62,406 nucleotides of DNA, taken from Candidatus Woesearchaeota archaeon (GTDB taxonomy: Archaea; Nanobdellota; Nanobdellia; SCGC-AAA011-G17; GW2011-AR18). The notes beneath the pieces were generated by a model, which was not told where the DNA came from, ran no database searches, and saw nothing but the letters and a program-made list of their open reading frames with translations. The position numbers and the translations under genes are program-made. The stretch lies in assembly GCA_016179945.1 (NCBI GenBank), contig JACPCE010000003.1:1-62406 (forward strand). Direction: 5' to 3'. Numbering within the stretch: position 1 is the stretch's first letter; the number at the start of each line of letters is the position of its first letter. Below, one piece after another: positions 36,454-44,792 of this stretch.

Positions 36454-36665
36454 ATCAACTCTATTATTGCGCTCATATTATAACTTTTTTCTCTACAGAA
36501 TTTTTTAAATCTAGATGATACCCCCTTATCTATAGTAAAATTTAATTTTTCTTTGGTTCTAATTTTTTTTGTTTTTTCAAATTCTAAAAGAACATCAAAC
36601 ATTTCTTTGTTTTCTTCCTTGATTTTCTTCGCTAGTTTTAAAAACTTACTTGATTGCATTTTCAA
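36405..36665 (-). CDS. Ribbon-helix-helix (CopG-like) protein, antitoxin candidate
   Basis: KLNFTIDKGVSSRFKKFCREKSYNMSAIIELM fits the beta-strand, helix, helix RHH pattern. It overlaps both neighbours. Confidence 0.45.
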   Translation of the reverse strand: MKMQSSKFLKLAKKIKEENKEMFDVLLEFEKTKKIRTKEKLNFTIDKGVSSRFKKFCREKSYNMSAIIELMCKICITVQEHCIIQK

Positions 36666-36987
36666 TCATCCCCTCAATTCTCTTAATACTTGTTAGGTTC
36701 CTTAATATAATTTCCGTTACTAACTTTACTATTTTATCATTATAAATTTTATAGCCCTCAAGTTCTACATATGTTTTAATTAACAAAGCAACAGTTCTTT
36801 TATTGCCTTCCTCAAATACATGATCTATTAGGATTGCCCTTGTAAGATATGCCAAGGACTTAACCCAATTATTGCTATTTTTAGCATAACTTAAAGCAAA
36901 GTCCAAGCTTGCTTCGTTATGTAACTTTCCTATGTCAAATTGCTGATTCAATCCTATAATATCCTTTTTGCTTAATATAAATTTCAT
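36646..36987 (-). CDS. doc: Fic/Doc family toxin (Doc-like)
   Basis: Doc-type Fic motif HVFEEGNKRTVAL. 113 aa. Confidence 0.75.
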   Translation of the reverse strand: MKFILSKKDIIGLNQQFDIGKLHNEASLDFALSYAKNSNNWVKSLAYLTRAILIDHVFEEGNKRTVALLIKTYVELEGYKIYNDKIVKLVTEIILRNLTSIKRIEGMIENAIK

Positions 36988-37245
36988 TTTTAGATATGTA
37001 TATATACATACATATTATTTATAAATTTAACTATCAATACGTATAAATGTGTATTGATATATAAAATTAATTATGTAAAAATTTAGCCGTATAAAATAGC
37101 ACCAACTAGAATTAAGGCTTCTAAAATAATCCAAACAACATAGGTAAATATTATTGGCTTTTCCTTATGTGAGAATTATGCAGTCCATGACTAACATTTA
37201 CCATAAAAAATAAATAATTAACACATTAATAAAATTATCTAGTTT

Positions 37246-37914
37246 TCATACAAAAAATACAAGAAAAGCACTAATAATTACAACAGTAAAATAAACAATT
37301 TTATTCCATCTAAATACTTTTGCTCCATCAAACAACCAAAAAGGAATCATATTAAACAAAGCTAACCAACTATTAACTAAAAAACCAATAGACAATATGG
37401 CTAGTCCTAAATTCAACTCTAAAATATTTCCAATATGTAAATTTAAATTATTCAAGCTTCCTGTAAAACCAAAAGTAAGTAATAAAAATAATAAAGCTAA
37501 TAAAATATTCATTATTGGCCCAGCAACTGAAATAATTCCATTTTTTCTCTTGTCTATCACATTACTAAATATCATAACTGCTCCAGGAGCAGCAATAACA
37601 AAACCAAAAAAACTCATTATTACTGCTAAGAATAACATTTCATCAAAGCTTCTAAATTCTGCTCTATATCCATATTTCTGTGCAAAAAATTTATGACTTA
37701 ACTCATGAAGTAAAAATCCTAAACCAACAGCTATTGCTGAAATAACAAAAGCAGTAAAAAACTTTAATGTTAAACCGCCAAGAACAATACCAAACGCTAT
37801 AGAAATTGCAAGCCAAGCTTTGCTTATATCTTTTATTTCTCTATTTGATGTTGATAAGAAATTATTTATTCTGTATTTCATATAATTTTTATCAGAGTCA
37901 ATACCAAATCTCAT
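37246..37914 (-). CDS. Site-2 protease family (M50) membrane metalloprotease
   Basis: HELSHKFFAQKYG (HExxH) and the second motif LFNMIPFWLFDG. Polytopic. Confidence 0.78.
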   Translation of the reverse strand: MRFGIDSDKNYMKYRINNFLSTSNREIKDISKAWLAISIAFGIVLGGLTLKFFTAFVISAIAVGLGFLLHELSHKFFAQKYGYRAEFRSFDEMLFLAVIMSFFGFVIAAPGAVMIFSNVIDKRKNGIISVAGPIMNILLALLFLLLTFGFTGSLNNLNLHIGNILELNLGLAILSIGFLVNSWLALFNMIPFWLFDGAKVFRWNKIVYFTVVIISAFLVFFV

Positions 37915-37995
37915 AAAAAATTGAAAGAAACTAAGTTTAAATAATTATTGAAAGGTATAGACTTCTAAAGTTCTTATTCTTCCTCTAAGAAGGTT

Positions 37996-38295
37996 ATGAT
38001 AACCATCCATTGTATCTGTTTTTCCTTTAGAATAAATTACATCAATAAATATGTCTGGGTTTGCTCTAATTGTGAAGATACCCTATTTGATGGTAAAGAA
38101 TCTATAAAAATAGAATCTAAAGCAAGACAGTAAGGTATTTTGGGATTAGTTTATAAGACAAAAAATAGGAACTTCAAGTATTGCATTAGATGTCAAATTC
38201 CCAAGAGTCATTGTAAACTTTATGAAATTAAGGGAAAGAAAAGAAGTAATAGTAGAGTCAATTAACAAAAACAAAATTCAAATTACAATTTCTTG
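37996..38295 (+). pseudogene. Decayed paralog of the zinc-ribbon/AbrB antitoxin gene at 9946-10275
   Basis: Reads ...VWVCSNCEDTLFDGKESIKIESKARQ, then an in-frame TAA (38131-38133), then GILGLVYKTK. After a +1 shift in an A-run it reads KIGTSSIALDVKFPRVIVNFMKLRERKEVIVES. This is collinear with CYECNG...[38 protein letters not shown]. Confidence 0.45.
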
Positions 38296-38371
38296 ATAAA
38301 AAATAGTTAATTCTATTATTTATTTTAAATTATAATAATGCTTAAATAAAAAGCAACAATACCAATAAAAA

Positions 38372-39643
38372 ATGCCCAGAATTATTAACGGTACAACAGC
38401 TTTAGTTTTAGTTCTTGATGCTATAGGTATTCCGACTATTGAATATATTTTAAACAATCATAAAGGTTCAATAAATCTGCCAAATTTAGCTAGTATGGGT
38501 TTAGGAAAATTATTAGATGTAAAATTTCAAGATAGAATTAGGTCTTCAGATGATTCATTTGCTGTAGCCCTAGAACAGGCTTCAGTGTCAGCTGATAGTG
38601 TTATAGGTCATAGGGAAATGGTGGGAGTAATAGATACTAGATCTTATAATTTATTTCATCAAGGTTTTCCAAAAGAATATATTCATAGATTAGAAGAAAG
38701 AATTAGAAGAAGATTAATTTTCAATAGAATGGCAGGTGGTGATAAAGCCATAGAATTAAATTATGAAGAACATGAAAAAACAGGCCACCCAATAATTTAT
38801 GCAAGTATATGTGATCCAATAGCTCAAATAGCTATGAACGAAGATACAATTCCAGTAGAAGAGCAGCACAGAATTGCAGAAATAGCACTTAATCTTGCCA
38901 CAGAAATGGATTTAGGTATGAACAGAGTAATATCTAGAGCATATACAAGACATGAAGGGGTTATTAAAAGAACAGAAAATAGGCATGATGCAACCCTACC
39001 TATAGAACAAAAAACATTGGTAGATATTCTTAAGTTACAAGGTGTTCAAACAGCCGCTGTAGCTAAAGTAGGAGACTTAATTCCAGGATTTTATGATAAA
39101 TTAAAATATACTTCTAAAGATGAATTAGACGAAAAATTAGGTTTGAAATTTGTTCATCCAGAAAGGAAAGATACAAATCCATATTCAGCTCAAGCAACAG
39201 TAAAAGCTTTATTAGATGCAAAAGAAAAAGAAAGACCAAAAGGATCATTAATATTATCCAATTTTGTAGATACAGATGCATTGTATGGTCATCCACATAA
39301 TATTGAAGGCATTGTTAAATGCTTAGAAGAAGCAGATAGAGTTATTGGAATAATTCAAAATAGTTATTTGATGCTTGGAGACGTAATTATTGTAACAGCA
39401 GACCACGGAATGAAATATAAAAATGATTTAGGTTATATTTACGGATTCCATAACAAAGAACCAGTACCATTACTAGTAAGAATGAAAGGTTATTTAAGGT
39501 GGCCACAAGAATTTACTTTAAGGAATAGTAAAACATTTGCAAGTGTTGGAGATTTAGTCTCACAGATCTTTAGATGTTCAGATAGATATATAGAAGAATG
39601 TAGTTTAAGAGATTATTTTACTCATGAAACTGGTTGTGAATAA
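38372..39643 (+). CDS. Phosphopentomutase-like metalloenzyme (DeoB / alkaline-phosphatase superfamily)
   Basis: LVLDAIGIP...LPNLASMGLGKLL, SADSVIGHREMVG and VTADHGM parallel the DeoB motifs. Confidence 0.7.
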   Translation: MPRIINGTTALVLVLDAIGIPTIEYILNNHKGSINLPNLASMGLGKLLDVKFQDRIRSSDDSFAVALEQASVSADSVIGHREMVGVIDTRSYNLFHQGFPKEYIHRLEERIRRRLIFNRMAGGDKAIELNYEEHEKTGHPIIYASICDPIAQIAMNEDTIPVEEQHRIAEIALNLATEMDLGMNRVISRAYTRHEGVIKRTENRHDATLPIEQKTLVDILKLQGVQTAAVAKVGDLIPGFYDKLKYTSKDELDEKLGLKFVHPERKDTNPYSAQATVKALLDAKEKERPKGSLILSNFVDTDALYGHPHNIEGIVKCLEEADRVIGIIQNSYLMLGDVIIVTADHGMKYKNDLGYIYGFHNKEPVPLLVRMKGYLRWPQEFTLRNSKTFASVGDLVSQIFRCSDRYIEECSLRDYFTHETGCE

Positions 39644-39645
39644 TG

Positions 39646-40275
39646 TTAATTCTCTTTTTTCAGCTTATTTACATACTTATGTGCTAAATGCAAAGGCAAT
39701 GGTAATTTATAAGGTTCAAAACTTAATTTTCTAATAATCTCAACAGCACTATTTAAGCTTATATTGTGCCCAGGAGTTATATAAATTGGATTGGCAAATT
39801 GTTTTGTTTTTATTGCCATTCCCTTTAATTCTTCTTCATATAATATTCTATCTTCATCAAGCCTTCCATGAATTAATTCTTTAGTTACACCAATACAAGG
39901 TTTATTTAATATAACACCAACATAACTTGCCAAACCAATCTTATTTGGTTTAATTAATCCCTCACCCTTAACAATCAAGATATCTGGTTTGTTTTCTAAT
40001 GACCTATAAGCGTCAATAACAGCAGGCCCTTCTCTAAATGCAACCATATTTGGAGAATAAGGCATTATTTCCTCACCATTGACTTCTTTGTTTTCTATTT
40101 CTTTCATTGCCTCAATGTCAAAAACTACCCCAACACAATTATATTTTTTATTAGTGTAAGCAATATCAAAAGCAGCAACAGTTTTTATATTTGAAAAAGA
40201 ATCCTTTAAGCTTATGCCTTTCAATATTTTCTTTTCTATATCTTTTAGTTCCTTCAAGTCAACACCATTTTTCAT
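39646..40275 (-). CDS. nfi: Endonuclease V homolog with substitutions at conserved catalytic positions
   Basis: AAFDIAY, MPYSPNMVAFRE and TPGHNIS align with E. coli EndoV D35, E89 and H214. The VDGHGxxHPR block reads VKGEGLIKPN. Confidence 0.72.
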   Translation of the reverse strand: MKNGVDLKELKDIEKKILKGISLKDSFSNIKTVAAFDIAYTNKKYNCVGVVFDIEAMKEIENKEVNGEEIMPYSPNMVAFREGPAVIDAYRSLENKPDILIVKGEGLIKPNKIGLASYVGVILNKPCIGVTKELIHGRLDEDRILYEEELKGMAIKTKQFANPIYITPGHNISLNSAVEIIRKLSFEPYKLPLPLHLAHKYVNKLKKEN

Positions 40276-40379
40276 AATTTGAATATAAAAATAAAATTTT
40301 TAAAACTATCCTTTAATGGTTTTATTATACCAAAATAAGCAAAAGATATTTTTATAAATAAACAATTAATATTCAAGCC

Positions 40380-40847
40380 ATGATTATAAATAAAAAAGAT
40401 TATGAAAAAATCCTGGAAGTTATGCCTATTTGTTGTGTTGATCTTATAATAAGTTATAAAGGAGAGATATTGTTTGTAAAAAGAAAAAACAAACCACTAA
40501 AAGGAAAATGGTGTTTTCCAGGTGGTCGAATTTATAAAAATGAGAAATTAGAAAAAGCAGCAACTAGAAAGGCATTTGAAGAAGTAGGAATAAATATCAA
40601 AATCGAAAGAAAACTTGGAGTTTACGAAACGTTTTTTAGAAAAGGACCATTTCAAAATCCTAAAACAAACCCCCATACAATTAACATTGTATTTATAGCA
40701 AAACCTGCTTCTAAAAATTTTGAAATTAAAATAGATAAGCAAAGCAGTGAATATAAATGGTTTGATGAAATAAAGAAAGAATTCCCTAATTATGTTAAAG
40801 AAGTATTAGATGATTACAAGAAACTTATTTCTCCAAAAAATTTATAA
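40380..40847 (+). CDS. Nudix hydrolase
   Basis: Nudix box GGRIYKNEKLEKAATRKAFEEVGI. Confidence 0.8.
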   Translation: MIINKKDYEKILEVMPICCVDLIISYKGEILFVKRKNKPLKGKWCFPGGRIYKNEKLEKAATRKAFEEVGINIKIERKLGVYETFFRKGPFQNPKTNPHTINIVFIAKPASKNFEIKIDKQSSEYKWFDEIKKEFPNYVKEVLDDYKKLISPKNL

Positions 40848-40904
40848 TCTAGCTTTAAAGTAAAAGATTATGGCACTTTCTAAAAAGGAGGAAAATATTC
40901 TAAA

Positions 40905-41468
40905 TTGGGGGATATACTTGCATTAACTAATAACATAAATGGATTTGATATTACTTCTAATGAAGCTTATGACCCAACAATTAGGTTTTATGATTGGATG
41001 AGCTATGAAATTATAAACAACAACCCAAACTACATTTTTATACCTTTTGGAACTGGACAGCTTTATGAAAATGTAATGAACATAATTAAAAAAGAATTAA
41101 ATTATAAAGAAAAAGACCCTCGTTTTCTTGGTGATTATAATATTTTAAATAATGTATCAGTATTGGGGGCTACAACAACAAATCCCAAAAGCAAGGCAGA
41201 TAAATTATATGCTCCTTATTTGCCATTTGCAAATTATTCAAAACAATGGATAAAATACTATAAATATAGTGGATTAACAGGTCAAATGAGTTCTGTTTAC
41301 AATATTAATGAAAAATTTTTAAATGTAGCAATTAAAATTGCTGAAGATCAAGAAATAAATTGTGAACCATCAGGAATTGCAGGTTTAGCTCTTTTATTAC
41401 AAATAAAAAACAAAATTCCTAAAAATTCTAAAATACTTATAGTGAACACAGGAAAAACAAAAATTTAG
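40905..41468 (+). CDS. C-terminal fragment of a PLP-dependent (tryptophan synthase beta-like fold) enzyme; probably a truncated gene
   Basis: IFIPFGTGQLYENV and EPSGIAGLALLLQ...ILIVNTGKTK resemble the C-terminal domain only. It has a TTG start. There is no room upstream for the Lys-PLP N-terminal domain. Confidence 0.4.
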   Translation: MGDILALTNNINGFDITSNEAYDPTIRFYDWMSYEIINNNPNYIFIPFGTGQLYENVMNIIKKELNYKEKDPRFLGDYNILNNVSVLGATTTNPKSKADKLYAPYLPFANYSKQWIKYYKYSGLTGQMSSVYNINEKFLNVAIKIAEDQEINCEPSGIAGLALLLQIKNKIPKNSKILIVNTGKTKI

Positions 41469-41498
41469 TTGCTTTTTTATCAATTTATTTAACAAAAG

Positions 41499-41508
41499 CT
41501 TTATAAGA
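41499..41508 (+). promoter_or_regulatory. TATA-box-like element upstream of tRNA-iMet
   Basis: CTTTATAAGA centred about 27 nt upstream of the tRNA 5' end. The same CTTTATAA core sits upstream of the tRNA at 59764. Confidence 0.45.
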
Positions 41509-41544
41509 AGTTTTATTATCATTTACCTCAGCGGGATAGGACAG

Positions 41545-41575
41545 AAAAATTGACATTAGTGTTAATTTTGCCCGA
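41545..41575 (+). other. Putative 31-nt BHB intron in the D-loop (position 15/16) of tRNA-iMet
   Basis: Bulge AGA, a long hairpin (41546-41569: AAAAUUGACA-UUAG-UGUUAAUUUU), a central helix GGAC/GCCC with one A-C mismatch, and bulge GAC. Confidence 0.55.
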
Positions 41576-41599
41576 CTAGGAGTGTCCGTCGGGCTCATA

Positions 41600-41621
41600 A
41601 TAGGAAAAATCCTTATGTGAT
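41600..41621 (+). other. Putative 22-nt intron at the canonical 37/38 position of tRNA-iMet
   Basis: Sequence between CTCATA and ACCCGA. Inner hairpin AGGA-AAAA-UCCU. The anticodon region can pair with UGUG (41616-19). 3' bulge AU|A. Confidence 0.6.
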
Positions 41622-41711
41622 ACCCGAAGGTCGAAGGTTCAAATCCTTCTCCCGCTATTCTTTATATTAATTTTTAAAAATATAATTTTATAAAACAAAT
41701 TAAGAATAAGT

Positions 41712-42497
41712 TTAATGAACAAGGCCACCAGGTCCTCTACGACCAGTAAATCCACGACTGCTTCTCTCAGATTGAGCTTCAGCAACTTCTGTAACATTAT
41801 TTAGTAAAGCTAGAATAGGATTCATTGCTACTCTTTCAAGTACAGCTCTTGAAACATCAGTTACTCCAGCAGAACCTTCAAGGGTTGTTAAAGTAGGATA
41901 TAATTCACCAGAAAGAAGGTTTAATAATTCTCTTGGAGCAGAACCCTCGATTTTTATTACACCATAATCTGTATTATTATCATAAGGCAATGTTATTTGA
42001 CATTTCTCTCCTAACCCTACTTCTTTAAGTTTAGGATGATAAAATACTTCTCTATACCATTCAGGGCCTTCCCTTGCTATATTCTCAGCATATCTATCTA
42101 TAAGACCTTTAGGTAGAATGCCATAATTAACTGCTAAATACTGATCTGGATTTTCACCTGTAGATAAAACTCTAGCTGGTGTATTATTCCTAATAAATCT
42201 TAAACATTCTAAATGTCCTGTTAGAATATCCTTTTTTACCTTTTCAGGAAGCTTACTAACTGCTAATTCTAAAGCAGATTTACCTTCAACTAAAAACCCG
42301 CCAGGTAAGGAAACAGAAGCAGCCCTAACAGTTTCTATTAATAATTCTAAAGCGCCATCTTCAGTAGGTTCTACATATTTTTGTAAAATTATTAATTCAC
42401 GTCCAGCTACTGGGCCTTTTTCAGACCTTAACTCTTTGTCTCTTCCATAAATTGCATTAGGAAAAACAGATTCATAACCAGGAATTTCTATTGTCAT
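41712..42497 (-). CDS. Hypothetical protein with atypical composition and a Gly/Arg-rich C-terminus
   Basis: 261-aa ORF ending SERSSRGFTGRRGPGGLVH. No motif recognised. It lies 55 nt from the 3' end of tRNA-iMet. Confidence 0.5.
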   Translation of the reverse strand: MTIEIPGYESVFPNAIYGRDKELRSEKGPVAGRELIILQKYVEPTEDGALELLIETVRAASVSLPGGFLVEGKSALELAVSKLPEKVKKDILTGHLECLRFIRNNTPARVLSTGENPDQYLAVNYGILPKGLIDRYAENIAREGPEWYREVFYHPKLKEVGLGEKCQITLPYDNNTDYGVIKIEGSAPRELLNLLSGELYPTLTTLEGSAGVTDVSRAVLERVAMNPILALLNNVTEVAEAQSERSSRGFTGRRGPGGLVH

Positions 42498-42673
42498 TTT
42501 AATCTGGAAAATAGAAAAGTAAAAACTTTATAAACATTCCTATTGTTACTACTTATTGATAAACAAGATTTTATTATGTAAGGTTTCTGATATATTTTTA
42601 CAATTCAAAAATAAAAATAATTCATAAGGATTAAAAACAAATAAAAGTCGTAAAATTATTCAAAAGAGGAAAT

Positions 42674-43318
42674 ATGGAATTTATATTAACACTAATAAAC
42701 CTGATTTTGCATATTGATCAGCATTTGGTATGGTTGGTTCAGAATTATGGCATATGGATTTATTTTATTGTTTTTTTAATAATATTCTGTGAAACAGGAC
42801 TTGTTGTAACACCATTTCTTCCAGGAGATTCATTGTTATTTGCATTGGGTGCAATAGCAGCAATTGGTTCTTTAAATATAACACTATTAATTATTTTATT
42901 GTCTATAGCAGCAATACTTGGAGATACAGTAAATTACTGGATAGGAAATTGGTTTGGACCAGGAATTATTCATAAAAGAAAAATAAAATTCTTAAAAAAA
43001 GAATATTTAGAAAAAACACAAAGGTTTTATGAAAAATACGGAGTTAAAACTGTAATTTTTGCAAGATTTGTGCCAATAGTTAGAACTTTCGCACCATTTT
43101 TAGCAGGTGTAGGAAGCATGAAATATTCTAAATTCATATCATATAATATTATAGGTGGATTATCTTGGATATCTGTATTTTTATTAGGGGGTTATTTCTT
43201 TGGTAACATCCCGATTATAAAAGAAAATTTTACATTTGTAATAATTGCAATAATAATAATTTCATTTATGCCTGCAATAATAGAATACATTAAGCACAAA
43301 AGAGAAAGTATTGTATAA
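42674..43318 (+). CDS. dedA: DedA family membrane protein
   Basis: FCETGLVVTPFLPGDSLLF, GDTVNYWIG and FARFVPIVRTFAPFLAG. Confidence 0.85.
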   Translation: MEFILTLINLILHIDQHLVWLVQNYGIWIYFIVFLIIFCETGLVVTPFLPGDSLLFALGAIAAIGSLNITLLIILLSIAAILGDTVNYWIGNWFGPGIIHKRKIKFLKKEYLEKTQRFYEKYGVKTVIFARFVPIVRTFAPFLAGVGSMKYSKFISYNIIGGLSWISVFLLGGYFFGNIPIIKENFTFVIIAIIIISFMPAIIEYIKHKRESIV

Positions 43319-43423
43319 ATTACTATCTTCCACCTAAGTAAATATTTTTTATTCTTTTGTTAATTAATATTTTTCTGTCTCCATGCAAAGCTATTTTTTC
43401 ATTCTTTAAAACAAAAACAGGAT

Positions 43424-44341
43424 CTACAATTTTAAATGTTTGTTTTTAAGCTTTTTGTCGTAATTATTAATTAAAGTAAAAGCTTGTATATTATCAATTA
43501 TCTTCTGTGTTAATATTTTCTTGGATTCATAAGTAAATGCAGCTATTTTATTTCTACATATTACTCTTGGTAATTTATCTAGGTTTTTATAATCTGAACA
43601 ATAAATTGAATCAAAAATTGCAAAATTATTTGGTTTTTTTATCCATTCAATAAATCGATTTTTATCAAATATTTTTCCTAATGAAGTATTAATAAAAATT
43701 ACACCATCTTTAATTAGGTCAAATTCTTTTTCAGATAAGACAAAAGTGTTTGGAGGAACATTTAAGGATATTATATCACATTTCTTAAGTAATTCCTTTA
43801 AATTAACAAATTCTATTCCATTTTTTTCTAATTTATATTTTCTAGTTTTGCTGAAATATACAATATTCATTCCAAATCCAAGACCTATATTTGCAATTTC
43901 TTGCCCTACAGCACCCAAACCTATTATTCCAAGAGTTTTATCTTTAATCTCAGAAATTTCATTTCTCCATTTATATTTGTTAAAACCCTTAGCTAAATTT
44001 AATATTTCAGTAAAAATGTATTCTGCTGTTGAAGTTTCACAATACCCCTTGACATTAGATACAATTATTTGTCTTTTTATAGTTTCATTTATGTCTATAT
44101 TTGATAAATTAGTTCCGCAAACACAAATATACTTTAGATTTTTACAATTTTTTAGCACATATTTATCAATTTTTGTTTCAATACCAATTAAAATACAATC
44201 AGATTTTCCTATTCTTTCTATTATATCTTGTTTATTTTTTGGACCAGAACTAAAAAATTTTAATTTATTTTTAGAAAATCTTTGCAATTTTATTTTACTA
44301 TTAACATTTACCTTATCAACTATAGAGATCTGATTAAGCAT
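43424..44341 (-). CDS. D-isomer-specific 2-hydroxyacid dehydrogenase family protein
   Basis: NAD-binding loop LGIIGLGAVGQEIA and the following ...IVYFS...CDIISLNVP pattern. Confidence 0.78.
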   Translation of the reverse strand: MLNQISIVDKVNVNSKIKLQRFSKNKLKFFSSGPKNKQDIIERIGKSDCILIGIETKIDKYVLKNCKNLKYICVCGTNLSNIDINETIKRQIIVSNVKGYCETSTAEYIFTEILNLAKGFNKYKWRNEISEIKDKTLGIIGLGAVGQEIANIGLGFGMNIVYFSKTRKYKLEKNGIEFVNLKELLKKCDIISLNVPPNTFVLSEKEFDLIKDGVIFINTSLGKIFDKNRFIEWIKKPNNFAIFDSIYCSDYKNLDKLPRVICRNKIAAFTYESKKILTQKIIDNIQAFTLINNYDKKLKNKHLKL

Positions 44342-44365
44342 ATTAAATATAAAAAAGAAAGAAAA

Positions 44366-44686
44366 TTAATACTCAGGAACTATTGCATGAATTCCATGTC
44401 CTTCATGGAAGTGACCAACAATTCCAATTTCCCTATTTGCTCCACCCCACCCGTGTTCTTGTTCTTTAGGTATAAATACTGCAGCAAATTCTGGCAAATC
44501 TATTTTTTCTCCATCATTGTATAAAGTTTTTACACTACTAGTAAAGTACATAGCATCAAATTTATGTTTATGTATTTTTACAGCCTGACCCCTTACTAAC
44601 TTAGTCTCTTCCCAATTTTTTAATTTACTTAAATTTCTATAAAATTTTTCTGTTATTGGATGTATTACGATTTTTCTTTCTTTCAT
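44366..44686 (-). CDS. Hypothetical protein (possibly cupin-like)
   Basis: 106 aa, His-rich C-terminal part GHFHEGHGIH. Weak assignment. Confidence 0.3.
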   Translation of the reverse strand: MKERKIVIHPITEKFYRNLSKLKNWEETKLVRGQAVKIHKHKFDAMYFTSSVKTLYNDGEKIDLPEFAAVFIPKEQEHGWGGANREIGIVGHFHEGHGIHAIVPEY

Positions 44687-44792
44687 TTTAAACCTCCATA
44701 ATTATTAATCATTTTAAATATATAAAATAATAATGCTTAAAATTTTTACAAATAGAAATATTTATATATAAAATAGATTTATAGTAAAGAAA

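Larger units (their letters stand above)
41530..41657 (+). tRNA. Initiator tRNA-Met (CAU) with two introns (D-loop and anticodon loop)
   Basis: Acceptor AGCGGGA/TCCCGCT (A1:U72) plus A73. D stem GGAC/GTCC. Anticodon arm TCGGG-CTCATAA-CCCGA with three G:C pairs next to the loop. T arm GAAGG-TTCAAAT-CCTTC. 128 nt in total against about 75 nt mature. Confidence 0.82.
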
